Positions 1-12,511 of a stretch of 64,000 nt of DNA are shown here, piece by piece. Both the position numbers and the translations under genes were made by a program. The stretch spans positions 31,932,001 to 31,996,000 of the forward strand of contig NC_058368.1 in the NCBI RefSeq assembly GCF_018350175.1, read 5' to 3'. Source of the stretch: Felis catus (lineage: Eukaryota). Positions within the stretch are counted from its first letter, which is position 1. Every line of letters begins with the position of its first letter. Under the pieces are notes generated by a model. The model was not told the DNA's origin and searched no databases. It was given only the letters and a program-made list of their open reading frames with translations.

Positions 1-146
1 GTATAAATACAGAATTCATAAATGATAATAGCCAATTTTTGTCAAGTACATATTTTTTTAGAGCTATAACAAGCATGTTATAGGAATCTTTTCATTTGTC
101 TGCAAAATCCTGTAAAGAAGTACATTATCAGAACTATTCTTGAACT

Positions 147-265
147 AACTTTATAGACACAATTTACATATAGTAAAATTCACTATTTTTAAGTGCACAG
201 GCAACTGAGTTATGAAAAGTATGTATTTATGGGTAAACAGCACCACTGTTAATGATATACATTAC
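147..265 (-). mobile_element. Old L1 (L1MB/ME-like) 3' end fragment
   Basis: aactttatagacacaatttacatatagtaaaattcactatttttaagtgcacag resembles the antisense 3' terminus of ancient mammalian L1s. Confidence 0.5.
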
Positions 266-289
266 TTCTACTAGAAATAAAAGATGAAA

Positions 290-470
290 TGAAAATTTAA
301 AAATACATTACAATATCCAAAGCATGAAATATTTGGTGGTAAATACAATTAAATATGCACAAGACCTGTACACTGAAAAGTATAAAATATTGCCTGTAAA
401 AACAAAAGTAAGACTAAATAAATAATGATATATACTATGCTCATGGATTGGTGGAATCCAGATTGTTGTA
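290..470 (+). mobile_element. Decayed L1 ORF2 fragment
   Basis: caagacctgtacactgaaaagtataaaatattg...ctatgctcatggattgg matches the L1 ORF2 DLYxENYKTL...PCSWIG region. Confidence 0.7.
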
Positions 471-2334
471 CTCTTTTGCTTGAATCTGACAAAGTAATGT
501 CACTTTGGTCATAAACAGAAATGAATATTTGAGAAGAAATTATTACTCTGTAGGTGGAATCAGTTCTTTTGCCTACATGGCCCTATTGATTATTCAATAC
601 TTTAATGCTGTTTCAAGCAGTTTTAACATAATTCCCCTAGTACTGTGTTGTCCAGTATTTTAGCCTTCTCGAGCGACAGTGTTTTTTCAATGCCCTAGGC
701 ACTTCATGGCAAATGTCACTTTGAAGAGCTCACTTAGCCCTTCAGGCCAGTAGTGCAAGTCATTTGTATTCCTGCTGCAGGTCTGAGTGATACCACACCT
801 CTTCAAGCGAGCTCCAAAGAGAACATACCTCACGTGGTATGCCTGCTAAACTACAAGGGCAGATGGCTGCTTTATTATTGGTTCCTGGTGAAATACGAAA
901 TTGCTGAGCAAGCTTTTAAGATTTGTTTTTTGCAGTGGTGTAAAGTGTGATTTTTTAAAATAAAGTGTTAATCTAATATTAAAATTTATTTTGTGTATGG
1001 ACCTAGAACAGAACTGACAAGGTTCCTTTTATGTGCAGCAAAAATGTCTAAATGTTATACTCACAGTTTTTTGTATTGTAGGAAATGCATGAAAAATTCT
1101 TAGTGATAGGGGAACGGCCTCTAGGACCTTAGACATCAGTTTTAAAAGATAGATTGTTATACCTATAAATTTGTCTCTCCTGGAACTGACATCCAAGGTC
1201 CCAGGATCTTTTTTCCATTCACTGAAGATTTTTTATGCAATTCCTACAGCACACTGTATTCTATTCTTTGCAAGAAATGTTCAACCATTAATATTACAGA
1301 GACAGCAAGACACCTTGCCTACTGCCAAAAATAAAAGGGAGAAATTAAAAGTGGGGGCACAATGTACCATACCTATCAACATTTTAAAGAAAAACAAAGG
1401 TTTATTACCAAGAAAGTTACTAGTTATGTTAATTACACTCAAGTACAAGAACATGCTGTGTATATTTAGAAAAGATAAAGAATGCAGTGATGTACAATGA
1501 TATTTTTTGGTAAAATCATTTGAGCTAGTTTTTTTTTTAAATAATTAAAAAAATGATTTTTTTCTCAATGAGTTTGTGATGAGAATCTTTGAAGTTCAAA
1601 TATAAAAGAAAAAGATACAATCATAGGTCTCCATCCTAATGGAACAGAATTTTTATTTTATGATAATTGTCACATTGAAAATTGGTCAGCCAATTTAACA
1701 CTGGAAGTCCTATGTCCATAAGAGAACTTGGCTAAAAATTTAAGGAAGTTTTTGATTTGGAGGATGCACGTAGCCTTGAATACCATGTTCATTCACAGTA
1801 AAATCTGCTTCATTTTTTCATTGCCCATATATCTGTGATTTCGTATAATATCTGGAATATCTTAAAATTATTTTTCTTATTTAAATATAGTAATAATGGG
1901 TTACTGCCAATAGTCACACTATATATTCTTTACTAGACATAGCCTATTTTTTTATTATTAAAAAAAACAGGAATTTCAGAACACCAACAAAGAGACTAAC
2001 GTCATGTGAAAAAAGTACAAACTGTATTTAGATATTACTTTGGTGGCTTTAGCCCTCTGATTATATTATTTCAGTTTTATGCTTGTAAAGAAAATTTTTT
2101 TTCTTCTCTATGTGTGCAAGCAAAACAGGAAACCTGACATTTCAGAGTGTAGATTCAAAGAATTTGATCCAGCAAAAATTGTCTCTGATGACTTCCAATC
2201 ATATTTATTGTTTCATATGAGATGGAGTTGATAGGAAAGTCTTCTGTTTTCCAATAGGATAATTAAATAATAATATAGATTTAAGACAGGAAACTATTAC
2301 CCATTATAATTTCGAGTGTTACAGTGATGAGGAA

Positions 2335-2697
2335 AAAAAATCCTTAGATACAAAGAACAGCTTGGTGGTTGCCAGAGGCAGGGACTGGTGGGCGGGCAAA
2401 GTGGTCATGAAGGTGGTCAAAATGTACAACATTGCAGTTACAAAATAAATAAGTCATGGGGATGTAATGTGCAGTATGGTGACTATAGTTAATAAAACTA
2501 TAACGTGTACTTAGAAGTTTCTAAAAGAGTAAATCTTAAAAGTTCTCATTATAAGAAAGAAGTTTTTATAACTATATATGGTGATGGATCTTAGCTGGAT
2601 TTATCATGATGATCATATCACAGTATGTGCAAATACTGAATCATTATGTTGTACACTTCAAACTAATATAATATGTCAGTTATACCTTATTAAAAAT
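2335..2697 (+). mobile_element. L1 3' UTR (L1MA/L1_Carn-like), 5'-truncated
   Basis: gaacagcttggtggttgccagagg...gtgactatagttaataa...aaagagtaaatcttaaaagttctca...attatgttgtacac, ending A-rich. Confidence 0.8.
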
Positions 2698-2709
2698 GAA
2701 TAACAAGAA

Positions 2710-2930
2710 AATGAAACTCAATTTAAACAAATAGGCAAAAGATGTGCAACATCATTAGTCATATGATTAGTCTATTAGATTGCTAAAATAAAAAAGACTG
2801 ACAACTTTAAGTGCTGGAGAGGATATGGAGCAACTATAAACCTCACATGTTACTACTTGAAATGTAAAATATGATTACAAATTTGTTTTTTGGTAGTTTC
2901 TTTAAAATATAAAATTGCAGCTACCAATTC
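2710..2930 (+). mobile_element. Ancient L1 ORF2 C-terminal fragment
   Basis: aaaaagactgacaac...aagtgctggagaggatatggagcaact is typical of the L1 ORF2 3' region. Confidence 0.6.
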
Positions 2931-2944
2931 ACTCTGCTCCAGGA

Positions 2945-3330
2945 TTCTCTCCAGGACAACACACTACCCTTAATTGCCATTTCTCACTAGACTCCTTTGG
3001 GCCATGACCGTTTTCTGGATTTACTTTGTTTTTGAAGACTTGAGAGATTTGAAGCGTAAGATGTTTGTAGAATATGAATTGATTGGTATTTGTGGTTTTT
3101 CTTATGATTAGACTAGGGCTATGATGTTTTGGGAGGAAGGATACAAAGGTAGAATTCCATTTTTATCACATAATACCAAAGGTACATACTATAAATAGGA
3201 CTTATCATGGTTGATGTTAACCTTGATCTGGCTAAGGTAGTGTTTGTTAGATGTCTCCACTATACAGTTGGTCTTCCCCCACTCTCCCTTGTCATAATGT
3301 GTACTTCAGAGAAAATGACTTCTTTCAGCT
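2945..3330 (-). mobile_element. L1MC-like 3' UTR fragment
   Basis: cttatgattagactaggg...gttgatgttaaccttgatctggctaaggtagtgtttg matches recalled L1MC4/5 antisense sequence. Confidence 0.65.
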
Positions 3331-3339
3331 TACACTGTA

Positions 3340-3830
3340 TTTCTGTTACTGAATTCTAAATTTAATTTATTATGACCTGAGAACATGCTTTCTGTGATTT
3401 CCATTCAATTTGTTCAGATGTGCTTTATGCCTTGAAATTTGGTCTATTTTGGTAAATGCTTGTCAAATCTTGAATGTGTAGTCTCTTATTAGATGGAGTA
3501 TTCTATAGATATTAATTAGATTATGTTTGTTAGTGCTGATCACACTAACCTTTTCTTTATTGATTTTTTTTTTAATGTTCTTATTCTATCAATTACTGGC
3601 GGATAGGTATGGAGTCTCCTACTATTAATGGTTTTGTCTATTTTTTCTTCTCAGTTCTCAGTTTTTGTCTCAGATTTTGATGCTCTGTTGTTAGGTGCAT
3701 AAACATTTGAAATTGTTAGCTATTCTGTGAGAACTGACTTCTTTATCATTTTGTAATTCTCCTCTTTATCTCTAGTAGTTTTCCTTGTTTGGATATCTTC
3801 TTTGTCTTAAACTAGTGTAACTATTTGTTT
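3340..3830 (-). mobile_element. L1 ORF2 endonuclease-region fragment (decayed)
   Basis: tggtctattttggtaaatg...gagtattctatagatattaattag...gctctgttgttaggtgcataaacattt is antisense L1 EN domain. Confidence 0.75.
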
Positions 3831-3876
3831 TTATTTGGCATCTTTAATGATTTCTTTTGGTGATTTCCTTATTTTT

Positions 3877-4347
3877 AAGGCTTTTTTTAGAGCAGTTTTA
3901 GGTTTACAACAAAGTTAAGAGGGAGATACAGAGATTTTCTGTATACTTCTTGCCCTCACACATGCATATCCTTCACCATTATCAGCATCACTCACCCGAA
4001 TGGTGAGTTTTTACCAAAATGAACCTACGTTGACATATCATAATTACCCAAAGTCCATAATTTATCTTAGGGTTCATTTTTAGTAATCATTCTGGATACA
4101 TTGGACAAATGTATAATGACATATATCATTAGAATATCATACAAAGTACTTTCATTGCCCTAAAAGTCCTCTGTGCTGTCTTTGTATTTCTGTCTCCAAA
4201 TTTAGAGGCAGTGGTTTGCCCCGTGTCTTCTCCTTACTTGAGGATCTAAGAAGTGTATTTATTTTTCAGTCTACTAAGCATTTTACTTACGTTAGTATAA
4301 AATGGCAACCTCCAAGCTTATTATGTATGGAATTTGAAACTGGAGGT
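3877..4347 (-). mobile_element. L1MD-like element: 3' end (3877-4180) fused directly to 5' end (4180-4347)
   Basis: tttagagcagttttaggtttaca...gccctaaaagtcctctgtgct (L1MD 3' UTR) abuts tccaaatttagaggcagtggtttgccc...aaactggagg (L1MD 5' terminus). Confidence 0.65.
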
Positions 4348-4389
4348 TTAAAGATTTCCTCTTAATTTAGTTTCCTCCAACTTGAGTTC

Positions 4390-4612
4390 CATGTCTAGGT
4401 GTCATTTTTTGATATTTACCCTGCTTGGTGTTCTATGAGCTTTCTGGATCAATGGTTTGGTGTCTTGCCTTGATAAAGTTCTTAGTTACTGTTATATCAG
4501 TTATTTCTTTTGTTCTATTCTCTCTTTCTTTACTCCTGGTATTCCAATAAAAGTCCTACTGTGCTTTTTGGAATTGTGTAACATTTATTGGGTATTGTAT
4601 TCCTTTTTTCTT
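4390..4612 (-). mobile_element. L1 ORF1/inter-ORF fragment
   Basis: atttaccctgcttggtgttctatgagctttctggatc...actcctggtattccaat resembles old L1 antisense sequence. Confidence 0.55.
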
Positions 4613-4859
4613 AATTTTTAAATAAATTATTTTAATTCATCTGGAGTAAGATTTATTAAAAATATATAAATCTAATTAATATGGTTATGTAATATATTAA
4701 AAATACTATATATTTTATATATGTGTTTTTACATATGTGTTTTATACATTTACTATTATATATTACATTGTACATATGTTAAAAGTAATGGTGAAATAAA
4801 GACTTTTCTTCTGTGTAACTAACCACTAATCATTATCTGAAAATAACCTCCATATTCAC

Positions 4860-5411
4860 TGTGGCAGGCAGACTTTAAAATGAACCCTAACAATTCCTGT
4901 GTTTTGGTATTCGTTCCTTATATAATCTCTTTCTTATGTGAGCCGAGCTGAGGACTTCCTTCTAACCAAAGAAATGTAACAAGGGTAATGGGATGTCACT
5001 ACCATGATTAGACTCTGTAAGACTATGGCTTACATCATCGCAGACTCTCTCACTTACTGGATTTGACGAAGAAAACTTCATCATGTTGGAGAGGTCTGCA
5101 AGCAAGAAACTGAGAATGGCCTCTGACCAACAAGGGACTGAGGCCCACAGTCCCAACAACCTGTGAGGAACTGAAATGTGCCAGTAACCTTGTGAACATG
5201 GAAGCATTTCTTTCCCCAGTGGAACCTTCAAATGAAGCCTCAGTCCTGCTTGGTTCCTTAAATTCTGACTTGTGAGAGACCCAGAAGCAGAGGACCCAGT
5301 TAAGCCATGCCGGAATTCCTGACCCATTGAAACTGAGAGAGAGTAAAGGTGTGTTGTTTGAAACCACCATATTTGTTATAATTTGTTATGTACCAATATA
5401 TATTTAATAAA
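4860..5411 (+). mobile_element. MaLR solo LTR, MLT1E-family
   Basis: Starts tgtggcaggcagact; internal gaggcccacagtcccaac...gaagcagaggacccagttaagccatgcc...tgtgttgtttgaaaccacc; ~550 bp. Confidence 0.85.
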
Positions 5412-5444
5412 CCTATCAAACAGAGATTGCTAAATACCGAAATA

Positions 5445-5785
5445 CCTATCTAATGGAATACTAGTGAAAAACAAAGATAAATGCACTTGTGATACATGCA
5501 AAATCATGGTTCAGTTGCTGAGACATTATGCTGAGTTAAAGAAGCAGTACATAAATATGTACTAACTCTTGGGACCCTTTTCAAATATGGACTCTAAAAA
5601 TCACAAAAGTATATAAAGATAATTCAAAAAAGTCAGAATAGAAGGAAAGGACTGATTAGAAAGATAAATGAGGGAACTCTATAGAAATTTGTCATATCTA
5701 TTTAGAGGTGTGCATTGCATGGTTGAACACACTGGTCAAAACTCGTTGAGCTTTACACTTTACATATGTGCATCTCACTGTTGGC
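5445..5785 (+). mobile_element. L1ME-like 3' end
   Basis: acattatgctgagttaaagaag...ggtcaaaactcgttgagctttacact...atgtgcatctcactgt. Confidence 0.6.
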
Positions 5786-7172
5786 CAAAAACAAAGTGAA
5801 CAAATAAAAAAAAATGACTAAAATTCTATAAAATGTCAGTTATTTGTTGCATAGCAATGGAAAGCAATGGATAGTCCTTGCCTTTAATGAATTTATAGAA
5901 GAGAATCATTTAACAATAATTGAAAGCATTACATTTCTTATAAAAGGAGAATTAGAGGATGATATGACCATATAAAAACTTGTGTCTACCCTACTTTTTC
6001 TAGCTGTAGAATACCTGCATTTTTTCTGCCAGTTATTACTATATCTTGTTCATATCTTGCTATTTAGTTATAACTACTGATCTGACTATGAATTGTCACA
6101 TGCTGGGTTTATTTTTTATCATGAAGTAAAGTTTGATATTACCTAGCCTAACCTTTCTGTTTTACAGTTTAGAAAAACTTTTATATCTCTAGACTTGGCT
6201 AGGATTCTAGGCTTATATTCATCCTTGGCTGCGATGTGAATAGGGGAATCAGTGATTATTTTCATTAGGTTTCATCATCTGAAAGCATAGTGACAGTCAT
6301 TTCCTTGGCAATGGGAATGTTTTAATGTAAATTTATCCTTAAAAAGGAGTCACTTATTCACTAAAGAGTTGGTTGTAACAATTGCTGCAGTTACATAGTG
6401 AACAGCAAGTCTATTTTACTAGTGTATAGCTGCATTCGTGTCATTTACTAAGGAAAAACAAGACAAAACAACTACAAGAACAACTCATGGTGCTGTAGTT
6501 AACACTTTTGTTCGTACTCTGAAGTTGTCTACATTTGAAACTTTCTGACTAAAAGGCACATTGGTAATGAACCGATTATTGTATAGATCTCCTAGTTCCA
6601 TAAATTCCCATTTACTAATTCATTGCCTAATGTGCAGTTATATCAGGTGATGAAGTTTTGGTTTGTAAACTTTGTTTCTTTTTTTGCTTCTTAACATAAA
6701 AAAATAGAACCTCTTCCATTTACTAATATATTTCCTTCTCTTAAAGCATTCTTTTTTCCTTCTTCATATTATGGTTACTTGAGATATTAAGTCCCTCTGC
6801 TTCATCCACTGCTTATTGTGCCAGTTTAATTTGATCTTAAAGGGTTTGAGGTAGGCCAGAGGTTAAAACCCTTTAGACTCTTCCTCATTTCCGTTTTACT
6901 TACTTTAGAAGTGCCTGTCATCGCTGACTCTTTAAAACGTTTTTTTGTTTAATTCATTCATGATCATATGTCCGTATTATTCTTACTAAATCAGTTAAAC
7001 TACTTCCTTTCTGGACAAAATGGATTCTCCAGTGCAGGAAAGCTATAGTCTCTTAAAAAGTATTAGCAGACACTTTGACACAATATTCTCAAAGGATGTG
7101 CCATGCTCTCTTTGATACCATTATATGCATCAATATCTGCATCACAAATTATTTAAGTTCTTTGACGTTTAA

Positions 7173-7393
7173 TTTCTTCTTAATGTTTATTTATTTTTGA
7201 AAGAGAGAGTGAGAGTGACAGAGCATGAGTGGAGTAGGGGGAGAGAGACACACACACAGAAATCCAAAACAGGCTCCAGGCTCTGAGCTGTCAGTCAGCA
7301 CAGAGCCTGATGCAGGGCTTGAACTCATGAGCCATGAGGTCATAACCTGAGCCGAAGTTGGACGCTTAACCGACTGAACCACCCAGTCACCCC
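7173..7393 (-). mobile_element. CAN-SINE (SINEC, felid type)
   Basis: Antisense tRNA-derived head, (GA)n and tttatt tail; 19-bp TSD taagttctttgac(g/t)tttaa at 7154-7172 and 7394-7412. Confidence 0.95.
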
Positions 7394-8052
7394 TAAGTTC
7401 TTTGACTTTTAAATACAGCTCCTTTCATTGTATTATAACTGGTAGTTTGATAATTATGATACTGCAAATTTTTTATTGTTGAATCTAGTGAATATGTATT
7501 ACCAATACTTTGTCTTTCCACTCATATGTGGTCAGTTTATTCCCTACCTCCATTCCCATTCTCACTCACTCTGATCAAATGAAATTTATTTGAAGTTCCT
7601 CTCTTGTTTCATTTGTTTGGTAAGATCATCACAACGGGGATGAGGCACATTGAGCATTTGGCACAGCGACAATCAACAATTTTTCATCTATAAGCATTTT
7701 ACCAACGCTGACTTTGGAAGTGTGTCTTACTAAGGTTATTTATTCATAGATATCTGAATATAAAACATAGTAAGTGACATAGTCTCTGTTGGAAAATTGC
7801 TAAAGAGACTACTCGCTAGGTTTAAAAAGCTGTAACGGTTAGTTTCACACAGTGGAGAACAGAAAAAATATAAAGAGACATAAGCATTTTTGAAACATTC
7901 ATTTTGTAGTGTCTAAAATTATAGGAACTTTATCAAATTGGGGTGTACCTATTATAATTTAAATGCATACCAACTCATGCTAATCAAGAGGAAAAGAATC
8001 CTGAGTAAAATAAAAGGACATATAAATCTGTAATATTTTAGCTTGTTTTGGC

Positions 8053-8540
8053 TATTGGGAATAGTTCTCCTTGGATCTCTTTGATTTATGCCTGACACTG
8101 TTAATTTTGTTCTGGACTATTTTCCCCAGGATGTTTGTATAGCAAACAGCCTCAGATGATAGAGTTAGAATCTCTTTCCGGGGAAGATAGCAAATTTATT
8201 TTCTAAAGAAGAAACCAATGGTAATGTTTGCCACTGATGGAAAGTTTGCCATCAACCTCTCCTTTGTAAGATTGGGTTTTCCTAAGCTTCTGGTTCCTCT
8301 GCTATGACACACATCACTGTGTGTGCAGAATTATTTAGACCTCTATGTATCAGGTCTTGGACAATAAGGAGAACCGATGTGATCTTGAAGCTCATGTTGC
8401 CTGCTGTGCCAGGAGTAATACGTTCCTTTGCCTCTGATGCAGGAATCTTGTAGCTTCTATTAGTATCTGTGAAACAGTGGCAGGCTAAATTGTTAGCTTG
8501 AGTGTAGGGTAAAATCTCAGACCCCTCACAGTTCCTGACA
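8053..8540 (+). mobile_element. ERVL solo LTR, LTR40-family
   Basis: aggatgtttgtatagcaaacagcc...gtggcaggctaaattgttagcttg...gtagggtaaaatctcagacccctcacagttcctgaca matches the recalled LTR40 consensus; ends in CA. Confidence 0.85.
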
Positions 8541-8871
8541 ACTATAAACAGATGTATTCCCAGGATCTCCTCTACTACACCAAAATATATGTCTTCTCAT
8601 GACTTCTTTTTCTAGAAGTAAAACTAAGTTGTGAATAGAAATATGCTAGATTTTTTTTTTTTTTTTGCTAAAAGAACAAAGAAAAGAAAAAAAAGAGGAA
8701 AGAGAATAGAAAAAAATTTAAAAATGACTTTTCATTTGTTATTTAATCATTCAAATCCAAAAAGTGTCTCCTTCATACTATGGACTCTTCAAGAAAATAG
8801 AGAACAGAGTGGGCATGGTACCACATATATGGAGTGACTTTCTAGTTATACATTAAAAAAATTACAGGTGA

Positions 8872-9053
8872 GCATCTGGGTGGCTCAGTCGGTTAAGCGT
8901 CCGACTCTTGATTTTGGATCAGGTCATGATCTCGTGGTTTGTGAGATCGACTCCCTTTTGGGATCTGTGCTGACAGTGCAGAGTCTGCTTGGGATTTTCT
9001 CTCTCTTCTCTCTCTGCCCCTCCCCCCCCCCTTGCAAAATAAACAAACTTAAA
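8872..9053 (+). mobile_element. CAN-SINE (SINEC)
   Basis: Head tgggtggctcagtcggttaagcgtccgact, CT tract, aataaa, polyA; TSD aaaaaaattacaggtga at 8855-8871 and 9054-9070. Confidence 0.95.
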
Positions 9054-10320
9054 AAAAAAATTACAGGTGATGATATGTACCATGAAGGAAATGAAGATGA
9101 TTGGAGAGAATGTGATTAAAAGAGGGCCCCCTTAGTGATTTAAAAAAAATCTCTTCTTAACTCTTAGAGACTTAATCTGGGAGCATGGTTTATAAAAGAA
9201 AGCCCTGGATTCTGGAAATGGATCTGATATTTATTAAATGTGAGATCTCTGCAAGGACATAAACACTGTCATGTTGACTGATAGCTTCTCTAATTATAGT
9301 ACTGACATACTGTAAACATATTTTTAAAACTGTAGAGGACACAAAAAATGTTTGATATTATTAGTAATACTTAAACTACCAGAATTCTGTTCACTTTTAT
9401 TTTTCAGCTAAACTTAGGAGTTGATATGACCATCCTTTGTTTTTGCCTTTATGACTTGGGAATTGTTTACAAGTATTAGTAAGCTTTCCTCCATCGTAGA
9501 GTACTGTGGTCAAAGTCGAGCTGTCTTTAATAAATAAGCTCCTAATGTGCCTCTGGATCATTGTACTTTATACATACTATCTTAGAGTCATTTTGCAGAT
9601 ATGAGTGTAGGAGTTGGCTTTGAATGAACACTGTCTCGAACAAATTAAGGAAGCCTAATAGCCTTACCTCTTTTAGCTTACGCATTGTTTTCTTTGATGT
9701 TTCTATCACCCTTGTAAAAAAAAAACAAAAAACAGAGGGTGGGGGTATATAACTGCATTTCACTAAGCGGAATCTGGGCAATTCAGAAAGTGTCTGTACT
9801 ATATGATTTACAACTTTTGAAGTAAGTATTTTTATTTAATAATTCAAAGAATTTCTCTTATCATCACTTTGAATCTCCTCAGATCACAAGACCATGAATG
9901 CATAAACCTTATGGTCTCAATGTTGAAATCCAGAGACCTATTTTTTTATAAATTAAATACAATTTGAATTATCAATCTTTGTCATATAAAGGATGATGAG
10001 AGAAAAAAGGTATGCTTAATTTTGGATTTAATAAATGATGTGATATTATACATTGATTAAAATTGTGATGTTATAGACATTAAAATTCAGAGTTTTAAAT
10101 TTAAATTCAATTTAAATTCAGATTTACTTTCATATTTAAATTCAGTTTTAATTTAATTCAATTTAATTCAATTTACTTTCATATTACAGGTAAAGAGAAT
10201 ATAGTAAGAATAAATCAATAAAGGTTTTTCTCATCAATAATCAAAAAAGGATCTGTCATAATCACAAGAGTAGTGAAGTTAAAGTAAGATCTGTAAGTTG
10301 GGCTTTCTCTTTCCTTGTCA

Positions 10321-10380
10321 AGGCCCTCCTAACTATTCCATATTTCACAAAGGCCCTTCTAACTATTCCATATTTCACAA
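10321..10380. repeat. 30-bp tandem duplication
   Basis: aggccct(c/t)ctaactattccatatttcacaa x2, one mismatch. Confidence 0.95.
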
Positions 10381-10399
10381 ATGTGATACTTGCGTGATA

Positions 10400-10530
10400 T
10401 ACATCAGAGTCATCTCTGGTACTTGTTGAAAATTCAGATTTCTAGGCCCCCAAAGAAACATGCTGACTCTGAATTTGGGCAATGAAGCTTATAAACACAC
10501 ATTATGATAAACTTTTTTCAGGACTTAATG
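10400..10530. mobile_element. MER5-like hAT MITE fragment
   Basis: catcagagtcatct...cttgttgaaaattcagatttctaggcccc. Confidence 0.5.
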
Positions 10531-12025
10531 TGTGCTTAGAATGTATACAACTAGCGAATTAATTAACACATGAAAACAAAATGACTGGTCTACTGGAGTT
10601 ATTGAGCACTTTAATTAGTATAAGTGAAAAAAGTACATAAACAATCGTATTTTCTTTAGAATTCTTTGATAAACTTATTTTTATCTTTCAATGAAATTTC
10701 ATTTTTTAATAAATAATTTAAAAATATGTACAAAATTCCCCAAATGTATATACATACACACACACACGTATCCTTAAAGAGCTCAGATGATATGATTCTA
10801 ATGTAATAATATATGAAAAATTATAAATTATAAATCATTATATAAAGGGAAGTAATTGAGAATCATTTATTTTAGAAGTATACTCCTGCTTATCAATTAT
10901 TATATTTTGTTTTATTAGCTTAATTTAATCAGTTTCTTAAACTTCTTTTGGAACTCAAAACCGTAAGTTTGAGTCTTGGTTCTTTTCTAGTTTCTTTTTA
11001 TGCTCTTCTCTAGGGTAATGTCCCTCAGCTTGTTCTTTTTAACTGACCTATAATTTCTATGTAGTGAATTGCAAAAAAAAAAAAAAGTACATTTATAGTT
11101 GGATAAATTAGTTTCAATGGTAAAAATGCAGCTAAAGTTATTGAGAAGGAAAATATATTAGATAATATTTTAAAACAATATCCTGGCTCACAAGGAACAT
11201 GCATGGCTCTGTGCAGTTAAATGATTACATTCCTGATAGGTTTAATTGTAAAGTCTGAGAAAAAGCAAAGATATTGTCATGATGTGAAGCTGAACACAGA
11301 AAACAAAAGAACAATGCAAGAGTAGTCGACATAGGGAACTGGATAAAAACAGCAGCTACAAAGACTAGTTTTGAACAGGCAGCTAAGAGAAGAGTTTTCT
11401 GCATCTTAGTCAGGCTGTTTAAGTTAATTTTAGTTCTTCAAATTGGGGTAATTTCATAGTATTCAAATATTAATTAAGCATATGTATTCGATACTATCCT
11501 GATAAGGATATACTAAAGGAAAAAATGATGGATATAAAATCTTTAGAAATCCCTGGCATATAGAAAGCATTTAGTAAATCATGTTAATTAAGATTATACA
11601 AATGACAAATGAAAATTAAATATGCACAAAGAGTAATACAGGGCTCCCTAGAGGTGGTTCATAGCTACACAAGGATTTACAGTGCAAGGTAAGGGGACAG
11701 GGACGTTGATGAAATGGGGTTCTGATAAATAAGTTATTTCATACATGGATCCATAACAATATGTGCAGAGTAGAATGGGGAGAAAAATAAGAGCAAGAAG
11801 ATCTAGCACTTCTTAATGGTTCTAATTAAAATTGTCATGCCCTAACGTGTCTACGTTTGTGTCTGCACGCATGAGTGTGTCAGGATGGGCAAAGGATGTG
11901 AGGCAGCGCAGGGTTCAAAAAGAGGTTGGAATATGGAAGATGGGATAACGCAGGTAACTAGTCAGTCCATGGAGGTGGAATCAGGGCAGAAAGCTAAATC
12001 TGAAGGAAAAAAGTACACTGACAGT

Positions 12026-12511
12026 TGTGTGTCCTGTGACTCAAGAAACTCCCAGGACCCCAAGAATCATTTCTGAGATCTTCGTTCCTGACCTCAGTTT
12101 TGATCAGCCGATGTTGATGACGTCTAGAGGATGTGACCACTGGTTGGCTCATGAGCTGGCCTCACCCATTTGGAGGCTCCTCACCTCTTTCCCTGTCCTT
12201 GGAATGTACATTTTACCCACTGTCCCCATACTTGAAACTACTTTAAGCACACAGCTTTGAGAGAGTAAGATGTTATTGAGCCCATATGACTGAACCAAGT
12301 TAAGGCTTCTATGTAAACTGTTAAGATTCTGGGGACAGTGCAGAGAACTACTACTCATCTTGTGGCTGCTCAAGACAAGTCTAGTATGTAAGTTCCATTG
12401 TGTGTGAAAACTGCCACCAACCAATCTGGTCTGCCTCTTTCTTTCACTCCATGTATGGGGGCCAGTTTCAGGTTTCACCCGGAGAACTCCCGAGTTTGTG
12501 ACCCAGTGACA
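12026..12511 (+). mobile_element. Probable ERV solo LTR, family not identified
   Basis: ~490-bp GC-elevated block starting TG and ending CA, with LTR-like 3' part (aaaactgccaccaaccaatctggtctgcctctttcttt...gggggccagtttcagg). Confidence 0.55.

Noticed and set aside
4962..5370. 121-aa and 106-aa ORFs
   Set aside because: Entirely inside an MLT1E LTR
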